Of a stretch of DNA of 64,000 nucleotides, positions 1 to 7,517 are shown one piece after another. The stretch lies in IMG/VR virus record IMGVR_UViG_3300045988_168611, positions 1-64,000 of that record. One strand, given 5' to 3'. Made by a program: the position numbers and the translations under genes. The notes below the pieces were generated by a model. It saw only the letters and a program-made list of their open reading frames with translations, ran no database searches and was not told the origin of the DNA. The DNA is from a virus. The stretch's first letter is position 1; the number at the start of each line of letters is the position of its first letter.

Positions 1-436
1 ACACGCAAAAAGGTTCATTGGGGTTGTGTGGTCGATGGACGTGATAGAACGTATTGCACCCCGGTGGATCAATGATCGTACCGGCGGAGAAGCCACTCGC
101 CTTGAAGACATGGCGAGTGCCATCAGGTCCTTCGGCTTCGAACATGTCACCAGTGAGCTCTTCTGGCTCGATCCTATCTTCTGCGATTGCCTTGTCAGCC
201 TTTTCGGAGGTATCAATGGGATTATCCCCATTGTCCCTATCGGTGATAAGAGACTTATCAATGTTGACGTTGAAGGTGTCGCAGAAGTAATCAAGAGCGC
301 GATCGAGATCGGCCTTGACATCGAAGTCGGATTCATTTTCTTCAGAGATTTCATCGAGAAAAGCCTCGTTGAGCATGTCGTTGAGCAATTCAACGAATGC
401 TTCTGCGTTACCTATGAACTCTTGATGGTTAGGCAT
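1..436 (-). CDS. hypothetical acidic protein; starts at 436 and runs off the left window edge
   Basis: Hand translation of the minus strand from ATG (434-436, AGAGGAA upstream) gives an open frame MPNHQEFIGNAEAFVELLNDMLNEAFLDEISEENESDFDV... down to position 1. The listed + ORF 26..544 appears to be its shadow. Confidence 0.5.
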   Translation of the reverse strand, partial: MPNHQEFIGNAEAFVELLNDMLNEAFLDEISEENESDFDVKADLDRALDYFCDTFNVNIDKSLITDRDNGDNPIDTSEKADKAIAEDRIEPEELTGDMFEAEGPDGTRHVFKASGFSAGTIIDPPGCNTFYHVHRPHNPNEPFCV

Positions 437-469
437 ATGTATTCCTCTGTTGATGCAAGATGTCGCGGA

Positions 470-967
470 TCAGCCGAAGTGGATGATCGTGACGTTGCCG
501 TTGGCATTGCGAGCGAGTTCAGCCACAGCGTCATCATCGAGTAGCTCAGTCATGGTGTTGACCCACACACTGTGACCGTGTTCGCCATGATCGATGAGAG
601 CGTGGAGGAACTCGTCACCCTCGATGGAGATGACGGTTCCGAAGGGGAGTTCGATCGCCTTGTAGGTACTCTGGAGCCCATTGGGATCCTGAGCGGTGAA
701 CAGGTCTTCTGCGAGCACAGACTCAGGCTCTCCCTGTTCAGACGGCTCGTTCTTTTCGGTCGTATCAAACATCTCTTCTTGAGAGAAGACAATCTGACCA
801 CCGTTAATGAGCTTTTCAACCTTGTCCAGGTCGATGCCGATGATTTCGGAGAGAGCCTTTCGAGCGTTGGCCTGCTGAGTCTTTTCGTCAGGCACCTTAC
901 CCAGCAGTTCGTCAATGAGAGCCTTGAACTCTTCTTCAGTGGTTGCAAAGCCGTATTCGTCAGCCAT
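470..967 (-). CDS. hypothetical acidic protein (165 aa)
   Basis: ORF track. SD-like GAAAGGATAAC upstream. A TAGAAT -10 lies about 55 nt upstream on the minus strand. D/E-rich sequence. Confidence 0.6.
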   Translation of the reverse strand: MADEYGFATTEEEFKALIDELLGKVPDEKTQQANARKALSEIIGIDLDKVEKLINGGQIVFSQEEMFDTTEKNEPSEQGEPESVLAEDLFTAQDPNGLQSTYKAIELPFGTVISIEGDEFLHALIDHGEHGHSVWVNTMTELLDDDAVAELARNANGNVTIIHFG

Positions 968-1017
968 GTTGTTATCCTTTCGGGTTGTGTGTGGTAGTGG
1001 TCTCTGTACCTCTACCG

Positions 1018-1034
1018 ATGCAATTCTATTGCAT
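1018..1034 (-). promoter_or_regulatory. candidate promoter: -10 TAGAAT (1023-1028, minus) embedded in the palindrome ATGCAAT-AGA-ATTGCAT
   Basis: Read directly. The 7-bp inverted repeat is centred on the -10 hexamer upstream of CDS 470..967. Confidence 0.4.
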
Positions 1035-1049
1035 GGAAACAGAGCATAA

Positions 1050-1137
<88 letters not shown>

Positions 1138-1158
1138 TGTGTGCTCAGCGTCTTGCGC

Positions 1159-1530
1159 TTAGTTGTTGTCGCCGTAGCGGCTGTAGGGGTGGTGCTTCAC
1201 GTAGTCGTGGAAGTTGCTCAGAACGTTGTTCCACGATCGGCGCGAGCCGAACAAGCGATCGAGCTCAGACCAGTACTCGGGATTACCGGAATCACCGATA
1301 GCACGAGAGGTCTGCTTGTATGGGCTGTCGCCCATCTTTTCGACGCGGGTGACGATTAGTGAGGCGGGATCTTCGTTGTCGTTGAAGTTCTCCCACAACG
1401 CAACATGGTAGACGTAGTTCCAGTCATCGAACCATGTCTGGCGATGCATGTAGGAGTCTTCAAAGAGGCCGACATCGGGGCCGGCCTTTTCCCATTGTCG
1501 CCAATCGATGTCGAGAGGTACGTGAGGCAT
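1159..1530 (-). CDS. hypothetical protein (123 aa, Trp-rich)
   Basis: ORF track. SD-like AAAGAAGGAG upstream of the ATG. Confidence 0.6.
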   Translation of the reverse strand: MPHVPLDIDWRQWEKAGPDVGLFEDSYMHRQTWFDDWNYVYHVALWENFNDNEDPASLIVTRVEKMGDSPYKQTSRAIGDSGNPEYWSELDRLFGSRRSWNNVLSNFHDYVKHHPYSRYGDNN

Positions 1531-1547
1531 GAGTGTGCTCCTTCTTT

Positions 1548-1799
1548 TCAGTTGGCGGTGTCGATGACAACCACGACAAATTCCATCTCAAACTTGTCAT
1601 AGAATTCCTGGACAGTCAGCTGAGTCTGCTCACCCAGCATCAGCCAGAAACCGTCCCTGGTGTTGTCGCTCGACAGGAACATGAACCGCTGGCCGGAGAC
1701 AAGGACGACGGTCCCAGGGACGGTAATTTTCCAGTACCCTTCCGTCCTGATCTCACCGTTACGGATGACGAGAAGAGGCTTGTCGTAGATAGTTACCAT
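1548..1799 (-). CDS. hypothetical protein (83 aa)
   Basis: ORF track. SD AAGAAAGAAGAAAAA region upstream. Tightly spaced with its neighbours. Confidence 0.55.
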   Translation of the reverse strand: MVTIYDKPLLVIRNGEIRTEGYWKITVPGTVVLVSGQRFMFLSSDNTRDGFWLMLGEQTQLTVQEFYDKFEMEFVVVVIDTAN

Positions 1800-1829
1800 T
1801 GTTTTTCTTCTTTCTTCTAAAATTCTTTG

Positions 1830-2318
1830 CTATGAGAAGAGCTTTTTGAGATTGGTTGACGGTGTGTCATTGAGGAACAACATAGTTGCGATCTGAGATC
1901 GCGATAGTTGCTGTAGCTCGTTGTCCAGATCAATGAAGAAACCATCGCAAGCGATAATACGTCTATTTGCGATATGTAGTAGTTCGCCGGGCTTAGCATG
2001 CATCGCCCTATTGAGTGAGATGTCTTGACTCTTGATATTCTGCTCAGGGGATGGTTGGCTGAAATCGATATAGCATGCGTCTTCGTATTTGGGATTCTTA
2101 CCTTGGACGAAGCTGGTGAATTCTGATGGGTTCAACTCCCCAATAGTTTCGTTGGTGCAGATGAGGGTATCACGAATCGTTGTGACGAATTCGTAAGTAT
2201 CACCGTCGAAAAATTCAACGTGGACAATGTGAGCCTTGGGGAGACTCTTGAGCACTAGCGCCAGAATATCTGGATTGTGGACGAGATCGATGTTACTCGT
2301 GTCAATGTTGATGTTCAT
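1830..2318 (-). CDS. hypothetical protein; lower-GC segment
   Basis: The ORF track gives 1830..2342 from a TTG. The ATG at 2318 (MNINIDTSNID...) has AAAGGAG 4 nt upstream and is the more likely start. Confidence 0.5.
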   Translation of the reverse strand: MNINIDTSNIDLVHNPDILALVLKSLPKAHIVHVEFFDGDTYEFVTTIRDTLICTNETIGELNPSEFTSFVQGKNPKYEDACYIDFSQPSPEQNIKSQDISLNRAMHAKPGELLHIANRRIIACDGFFIDLDNELQQLSRSQIATMLFLNDTPSTNLKKLFS

Positions 2319-2348
2319 CGGGCTCCTTTTGGGTGTTGTCAATGTGGG

Positions 2349-2477
2349 TTAGTAAGACCAATATCCTTCATCCCCATGACAGTAGAAGCAATCGCAATCA
2401 TCGAAACCGTTGCAATCCGTACAGTCACATGGGAATTGATCGCTGTAGTCGCAGCAGAGACATGTGTGCTTTGTCAT
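2349..2477 (-). CDS. small Cys-rich peptide, 42 aa (MTKHTCLCCDYSDQFPCDCTDCNGFDDCDCFYCHGDEGYWSY)
   Basis: Hand-translated; it is below the ORF-track size cutoff. 9 Cys plus 1 His in 42 aa. GAAAGAAGG lies about 10 nt upstream. It fills the gap between two same-strand genes. Confidence 0.35.
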   Translation of the reverse strand: MTKHTCLCCDYSDQFPCDCTDCNGFDDCDCFYCHGDEGYWSY

Positions 2478-2511
2478 TTCGAAATCGCCTTCTTTCGGTT
2501 GTTGTTTGTTG

Positions 2512-2742
2512 TTACCAGATCGCTGGAATGAGCCAGTAGTAAATGACGTTGATCATGCCCCACAAGGCGATTACACTGGACAAGGCGCTTGGCACTCCAA
2601 AAATCATAATGATAGCGAAGCGATCTTCTTCACCCTTGCTGCCAAGAATAAAGTAGCAAGCTGCAACGAACATGGCTATCGCGGCAGCACCTGTCATTAC
2701 AATAAAAATAAGTGCCTTCATGATAGCGTTAAAGGTTTCCAT
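2512..2742 (-). CDS. small membrane protein (76 aa, 2 predicted TM helices)
   Basis: ORF track. AGGAGG SD directly upstream. Two long hydrophobic stretches. Confidence 0.55.
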   Translation of the reverse strand: METFNAIMKALIFIVMTGAAAIAMFVAACYFILGSKGEEDRFAIIMIFGVPSALSSVIALWGMINVIYYWLIPAIW

Positions 2743-2757
2743 TTTTCCTCCTGGGAT

Positions 2758-3552
2758 CTATTGAAGCTTTTCTTTCAAACCACCATCGTGGATTTCCCCA
2801 TTGTGGTAGTTAATATCCCAATGGTTAGCGGTATTGAACACTGTAATGTGCTCGGAAATGGACTGGTCGCACGATTCCATGTCGATGGTGACGGTGCGAG
2901 GGATTAGTTCGCTGTTGATGTAGTTGGGTGTCACAGCATAGTAGAGCGGACATTGTGCGTTGGCTGGGTTATCCAGATAGTCACGCGCCTTGGTCTCTGC
3001 GTACGCCATACCGCCAGTGTGGTTGTTATCGATGCCGACGTTCTGAGTACGTGTTCCGGTGACAAGGTTTTCTTTCACGGGATCTCCACCGAGCGAATCA
3101 GCGATCATGTGTGAGCGGTTCCAGAACCATCCGTAATAGGGTTTGTCGTCTCTGCCATAGGTGGCACTATAGATGGTGACCTTTCGGTTCTTTTTGGGCC
3201 ATCCGGTAGGGTTGATATTGATGTCTTGCCTGCCGCGCTCTTTGGCTTGGAGCCTACTCTCGGTGGTGAGAACGCCATACGCGCACGTCGGGCGACTCAG
3301 CTCGTCGAGAGGGCAGTACGCGATGGTACCATCAGAGGATGCGTCAGTCTGGTACGGATGCTGCGCCGGGCCTCCGATGCTGTAGTAATTGCTGGTGACA
3401 CCGGATTGATTGGGCTGGGGGAGGTTATTAAAGAATCCAAACAAATACCCTATCAGCGTAATAGTCAGTACCATTGAGACGATAAGGAAGATGGTTTTTC
3501 TAATCAATTCATCAGGTGAAATGTTTGGTTTAGCAAAATAATGATTGAGCAT
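2758..3552 (-). CDS. membrane-anchored DNA/RNA non-specific endonuclease (NucA/EndA/Endonuclease_NS_2-like)
   Basis: N-terminal TM helix. Motif WNRSHMIADSLGG...NLVTGTRTQN, with RSH at nt 3109-3117, resembles the (D/N)R(G/S)H...N signature of this nuclease family. Confidence 0.65.
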   Translation of the reverse strand: MLNHYFAKPNISPDELIRKTIFLIVSMVLTITLIGYLFGFFNNLPQPNQSGVTSNYYSIGGPAQHPYQTDASSDGTIAYCPLDELSRPTCAYGVLTTESRLQAKERGRQDININPTGWPKKNRKVTIYSATYGRDDKPYYGWFWNRSHMIADSLGGDPVKENLVTGTRTQNVGIDNNHTGGMAYAETKARDYLDNPANAQCPLYYAVTPNYINSELIPRTVTIDMESCDQSISEHITVFNTANHWDINYHNGEIHDGGLKEKLQ

Positions 3553-3563
3553 GTTTACGTCCT

Positions 3564-4370
3564 TTACTGTTCGCGGGTTTCGCCTGTGTGGTAATTGATG
3601 TCGTAGGTGGTTTCAACGTTGTAGATTGTCATTCGCTTAGAGAGCGACTGATCACACGCTTCAATATCAACTGTCAGGCTTCGTGGAATAAGCTCATCTG
3701 CCTCGTAGTTAGCTGTGACTGCGTAGTACAACGGGCATTGCGCGTTGTACTGATCGTCGAGATACTGTGCGGCGAGATGCTCGGGGTATTGGAGTCCGTT
3801 CTTGAAATAACCATTGCCCGTATGCCCGGAGTTATTCAGGTATTCGGTTCCCGTAATGGTGTTATTGGGAACGAAGTCTCCGCCTAGTTGCGTTCCGAGC
3901 ATAGGCGTCTTGACCCAGAGTGGTCCGAAGTATTCAACATAAGTGTTAGTCTCGGGCCAGCCGCTGGGGTTGAAATCAACGTCATGACGTTGGTAATTCC
4001 TACCCTTCTCGCGGTTTTCTGGAGTCAGGAGACCGTAGGCGCATGTGGGACGACCATGATCATCAGGATCGCAGTAGGTGATTGTGCCTTCGCTTGGCTG
4101 ATACGTGCGCTGTGCAGGACCGTCGAATGCGATGTATTTCTCGGATGATGAGAGCACACCAGGGCCTGAGACGAATGGGTCAGGCTGTGTGTGGTTATTA
4201 ACGATATGAACAGCGAGGAAGGCGATGGCGATTGCCCCGATGAATGCGATGATTCGGGCAACATTTTCAGGAATTCGGATTGTACCGAAGAGGTAAAGGT
4301 CTGCTGTGGCGGGTTCTCGTGTAGTAATCGATCCATCGTCGTTCTCGATGATTTCAATCATGGGATTCAT
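3564..4370 (-). CDS. paralogue of the adjacent nuclease with a degenerate active-site region
   Basis: Shares TCAYG, NPSGWP, QCPLYYAVT and ELIPR..V.I..CDQS blocks with 2758..3552. The NRSH segment is replaced by VKTP (nt 3903-3911) and about 7 residues are deleted. Confidence 0.6.
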   Translation of the reverse strand: MNPMIEIIENDDGSITTREPATADLYLFGTIRIPENVARIIAFIGAIAIAFLAVHIVNNHTQPDPFVSGPGVLSSSEKYIAFDGPAQRTYQPSEGTITYCDPDDHGRPTCAYGLLTPENREKGRNYQRHDVDFNPSGWPETNTYVEYFGPLWVKTPMLGTQLGGDFVPNNTITGTEYLNNSGHTGNGYFKNGLQYPEHLAAQYLDDQYNAQCPLYYAVTANYEADELIPRSLTVDIEACDQSLSKRMTIYNVETTYDINYHTGETREQ

Positions 4371-4394
4371 AGGTATGGGGTGTCTCTTTTCTGT

Positions 4395-4631
4395 TTAGTG
4401 GGAGATAGATGGACACCAACCATGGCCGCTGAGCAACCACGGCACGTCGACACGCAGCATATCTGCGAGCATGTCGAGATCTCCAAACGTGTAATCCAGC
4501 AACTGACCAGCAACTGATCGAATGACATTATGGTCAGTGTTTGGGTAGATCTGGTCACTACGGGAGATCACTCGATCGATGAACGCCTTCTGTGCGTTGT
4601 CGCCAGTGATATGACAGATGTTGATAGCCAT
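4395..4631 (-). CDS. small XRE-like HTH protein (tentative)
   Basis: Start moved to ATG 4631 (MAINICHITGDN...). The C-terminal ...LADMLRVDVPWLLSG resembles the end of XRE-type HTH domains. Confidence 0.4.
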   Translation of the reverse strand: MAINICHITGDNAQKAFIDRVISRSDQIYPNTDHNVIRSVAGQLLDYTFGDLDMLADMLRVDVPWLLSGHGWCPSISH

Positions 4632-4647
4632 GATGGAGGATCTTTCC

Positions 4648-4929
4648 TTAGTTGGTCGGTGCAGATGTGAGAGCATCGATCGTCTGAGCAACCGTGTCGC
4701 AGTGAGCGCCGTCGACGATGTAATCAGTAGCGGTCACGATGACGACGATCGGATCCACGTCAGCGCTGTTGGCGTGAGCGTGGAGAGTGATGACGCTGTT
4801 GTTGCGCTCCACGACATCGAAGGTGATGTCTCGGGCTTCGCTCATGAGATCGAATGCGAGCTCATCTGCGCGATGATCGTGTACGTCGCGGAATGAGGTG
4901 GTGGCGTGATTCTTACGCTTCTTGGCCAT
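4648..4929 (-). CDS. hypothetical 93-aa protein; candidate partner of the Panacea-domain gene
   Basis: Inner ATG 4929 (MAKKRKNHATTSF...) of track ORF 4648..5151. The upstream extension overlaps the neighbouring gene and looks non-coding. Confidence 0.45.
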   Translation of the reverse strand: MAKKRKNHATTSFRDVHDHRADELAFDLMSEARDITFDVVERNNSVITLHAHANSADVDPIVVIVTATDYIVDGAHCDTVAQTIDALTSAPTN

Positions 4930-5002
4930 GGTGGTATGGGCCTTTCTTGTTGAGAGGTGTGGAGAAATGGGGGGTGATGAGGGAGGGAATCCGTACGATT
5001 CC

Positions 5003-5020
5003 CGGCACACGGTAGTGTGC
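5003..5020. promoter_or_regulatory. palindromic box CGGCACACGGTAGTGTGC (copy A)
   Basis: 17 of 18 nt identical to the copy at 5567-5584. It lies 4 nt after the stop of CDS 5024..5503. Confidence 0.5.
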
Positions 5021-5023
5021 TGA

Positions 5024-5503
5024 TCAAGAGACAAGCCGGTGCTCGCTGTAGTAGTCACGCATTGCGTCCTGGGTGATGATCTCATCAGTGGTGACGATGG
5101 GGAGGTGTACCAGATGAGAGAGCGATGATGATGTGTGTCGTGCGTAAGCATCTGCCCATGGAAGCTCGCGATACATTCTTTTGCTCAGTGCGGCGTGGGT
5201 CATGCTACCCATAGCAGTACAGACACGATCGATGAGAGCTCGCTCTGCATCGGTGAGAGCCGAGGGGTTACCGGAGGGCAGTTCTTCTGGTCGAATCAAG
5301 AGCTTGCCCCGATGAAGGTGGTAGAGCTCTGGGCTCACAGGGCCGACGATCCATGCGTGGAAATCCTCTGGAAACAGAGGGGATGTGTGACGAACAAGAT
5401 GTTCAGCCTGTGCGTAAAACGCAAGCTTATGGAGCTTCATCGTCACCATTGTGCTCTCACGAGCGAGGATGTATGCGGCGACATCTACGATGGATGCAGT
5501 CAT
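5024..5503 (-). CDS. Panacea/DUF4065 (SocA/GepA-like) antitoxin-domain protein
   Basis: MKLHKLAFYAQAEHLVRHTSPLFPEDFHAWIVGPVSPELY matches the K-L-x-K-L-x-Y...F-x-A-W-x-x-G-P-V pattern typical of DUF4065. Confidence 0.6.
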   Translation of the reverse strand: MTASIVDVAAYILARESTMVTMKLHKLAFYAQAEHLVRHTSPLFPEDFHAWIVGPVSPELYHLHRGKLLIRPEELPSGNPSALTDAERALIDRVCTAMGSMTHAALSKRMYRELPWADAYARHTSSSLSHLVHLPIVTTDEIITQDAMRDYYSEHRLVS

Positions 5504-5566
5504 GGGCCACCTCTTCTTTCTGTTGTCTGGTGGGGGGTACAGTACTGACAGATCATGATGATGCTC

Positions 5567-5603
5567 GGCACACGGGAGTGTGCCAAGGCTCTGTGTTATA
5601 CTT
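5567..5603 (+). promoter_or_regulatory. palindromic box CGGCACACGGGAGTGTGC(C) (copy B) overlapping the -35 region of an extended -10 promoter (TGTTATACT, 5595-5603)
   Basis: Read directly. It lies in the divergent region between CDS 5503(-) and 5664(+). Confidence 0.45.
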
Positions 5604-5663
5604 AGTTATCAGGAAAAACGAAGAGCCACAACACAGAGACAACAAGCAAGACAGGAGGTTGCA

Positions 5664-6032
5664 ATGGCAGTGACCAAGACAAAGACTGGAAAGACTGGAG
5701 GGGCTGGCGAAGCAGGAGAGCCGATGGTTCGGCTCAATGTGCGTATGCCAGCAAGTGTGCGTGACAAGGTAGATTACTGGGCCGAGAAAGAGGGTCTCAG
5801 CGCCAATGAGTTCATCATCGAGTGTATCGATGGTCACGTTGCCCGTAAGAACGGAGACTACGATCTACCGACGCTAGAGCAAGCGCGTCTGGCGCAGCTT
5901 GTGGATGCGCAGATCTCGTTGGCCAGCAATGTTGCCAACCTCGAAAAGACTGTTATGTCGATGGCGTCGACGATCATCGGTTTGACTCGTGGCGATAGCT
6001 ACCTGTTGGATGATGAAGACGGTGAAGAGTAA
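5664..6032 (+). CDS. ribbon-helix-helix (CopG/MobC-like) DNA-binding protein
   Basis: ATG 5664 with AGGAGG 5 nt upstream. VRLNVRMPASVRDKVDYWAEKEGLSANEFIIECI fits a beta-strand/helix/helix RHH pattern. Confidence 0.5.
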   Translation: MAVTKTKTGKTGGAGEAGEPMVRLNVRMPASVRDKVDYWAEKEGLSANEFIIECIDGHVARKNGDYDLPTLEQARLAQLVDAQISLASNVANLEKTVMSMASTIIGLTRGDSYLLDDEDGEE

Positions 6033-6065
6033 GCGAGCACAGGGAGAGTACGGGGAGAGTAAGCA

Positions 6066-7136
6066 ATGAGCAATTTTGAGTACGATGAGCCATCGCCTGA
6101 GGTGTTCGATCCTTTGTATGCGGCTCAGAAAGAGTTGCGCGATCGTATGTCTGGAGCGAATCAGCGACAGGCTGTTGTGTCTGCGCGTAGCGCTCGCGTT
6201 CAGCCTGTCCATGGACAGAGGCAATCTGGCCGATCGGGCGGCGGTAATGCGAATGGCGGTAACAACGCCGGGAACGGTTCTCCGGTGGGTGCGTCCGGTG
6301 TCGGCTCCACGCCGCCTGAGCCGCAACGCAACGAACCCGATGATCTGATCACCGAAGCTGACAGCATTACGGGTACAGACACTGGTGTTGATCTCGATGA
6401 GAAGGCTTCACCTACGGGAGAAGCCCACCAAGATGAGCATGCGCACATCGAGCACAGTAAGCCGGATAGCGATGCTCAGCAGTCCCAGCAATCAGCAGAG
6501 CGCCTGTATGAGCCTGTTCCGATGGCGTTGCGTCATCGTGACGGTAGTGAAATCCCCACGACGATCGAGGGCGATGTTCGTTTTGCCTTTGATGGTGATT
6601 CGACAAGGCCCCGAGATTTGCCTGCCATCATCGTGCAAGCGATTCGAGACGAGCTGACGCGCCTGGGTGCACCAGAGCTTGGTGCTGCCCCAACACCAAA
6701 GACGCAGAGCAAAACGCTGTCATCGGGTTCGTTGATCACAGCGTTGGTGATGAGTGCGCTCGACATCGAGATCCCTGGTGTGGACGAGAATACTCGTCGT
6801 GCTGCTGAAGTGTTGCGCACAGGTCAAGGTCGTGTGGCTGCGATTGAGATGAAGGTGGAGCAGGTGCTGGATAACCAACAGCGCGCCCAGAAGGATCTCG
6901 ATGCGATGACGAAGCGTGCGCTCAGCGCTGAGAAACAGCTCTATGAGCTGGAGCTCATGCTCACGTGGTTGCTTGTCGACAAGACGGAGCCGCGTCTTTT
7001 CAACAATGCAACTGCGACCTCTATCGATCTCACGCACAAGACGGTTGTTGATGCACGTGCGAAGCTCCGGGATAAGGCCCGAGAGCTCAGCAAAGACGAG
7101 TCCGTGCAGCGCGGCAATCTGCGGATCGTGGAGTAG
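6066..7136 (+). CDS. hypothetical protein (356 aa; disordered N-terminus, coiled-coil-like C-terminus)
   Basis: ORF track. Followed by the 12-bp-stem hairpin at 7141-7176. Confidence 0.6.
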   Translation: MSNFEYDEPSPEVFDPLYAAQKELRDRMSGANQRQAVVSARSARVQPVHGQRQSGRSGGGNANGGNNAGNGSPVGASGVGSTPPEPQRNEPDDLITEADSITGTDTGVDLDEKASPTGEAHQDEHAHIEHSKPDSDAQQSQQSAERLYEPVPMALRHRDGSEIPTTIEGDVRFAFDGDSTRPRDLPAIIVQAIRDELTRLGAPELGAAPTPKTQSKTLSSGSLITALVMSALDIEIPGVDENTRRAAEVLRTGQGRVAAIEMKVEQVLDNQQRAQKDLDAMTKRALSAEKQLYELELMLTWLLVDKTEPRLFNNATATSIDLTHKTVVDARAKLRDKARELSKDESVQRGNLRIVE

Positions 7137-7140
7137 CATA

Positions 7141-7176
7141 GACAACGCCCCGCAGCAAAAGCTACGGGGCGTTGTC
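7141..7176. terminator. bidirectional hairpin terminator (GACAACGCCCCG / CGGGGCGTTGTC)
   Basis: Perfect 12-bp stem read directly, between convergent coding regions. Confidence 0.7.
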
Positions 7177-7188
7177 TTCCGGTGGGAA

Positions 7189-7365
7189 TTAGCGCTCGAT
7201 CGGGCTAAAGGATCCATTGGAGTAGTCGATCGTGTATCCGTTGGCTGTGTTGAAGACGATGACATGCTGGGACAATGAGCGATCGCATGATTCAATGTCA
7301 ATGGTGACGATTGATGGGATTGGACTATCTCCGTCGTATTTGGGGTCTGATGTTTTTGAGATTGG
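7189..7365 (-). pseudogene. 3'-terminal remnant of a third NucA-like nuclease paralogue
   Basis: The minus-strand frame reads ...KYDGDSPIPSIVTIDIESCDRSLSQHVIVFNTANGYTIDYSNGSFSPIER*. It aligns to the C-terminus ELIPRTVTIDMESCDQSISEHITVFNTANHWDINYHNG of CDS 2758..3552. There is no start codon, and an in-frame TGA lies just upstream. Confidence 0.5.
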
Positions 7366-7482
7366 TGATCACGAAAACTCCTTTTGGTGGTTGTGGCTGA
7401 TGTGGAGCAAGATTGTGTGCCATAACTCTATGATATGCTGGTTTACCAGAATAATCAATGAGCCATGGGAGGGAAGATAGGG

Positions 7483-7511
7483 TTGCACTACCCTTGTACC
7501 GATGATAGAAT
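7483..7511 (+). promoter_or_regulatory. promoter TTGCAC-17 nt-TAGAAT; the predicted TSS coincides with ATG 7518 (leaderless mRNA)
   Basis: The hexamers were read directly. Only 6 nt separate the -10 from the ATG, and there is no SD. Confidence 0.45.
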
Positions 7512-7517
7512 TGCCTC

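Noticed and set aside
26-544. 172-aa plus-strand ORF at the left edge
   Set aside because: The minus strand carries an uninterrupted, SD-preceded acidic ORF (436 down to 1). The plus ORF overlaps the C-terminus of CDS 470..967 and has no SD. I treat it as a shadow ORF.
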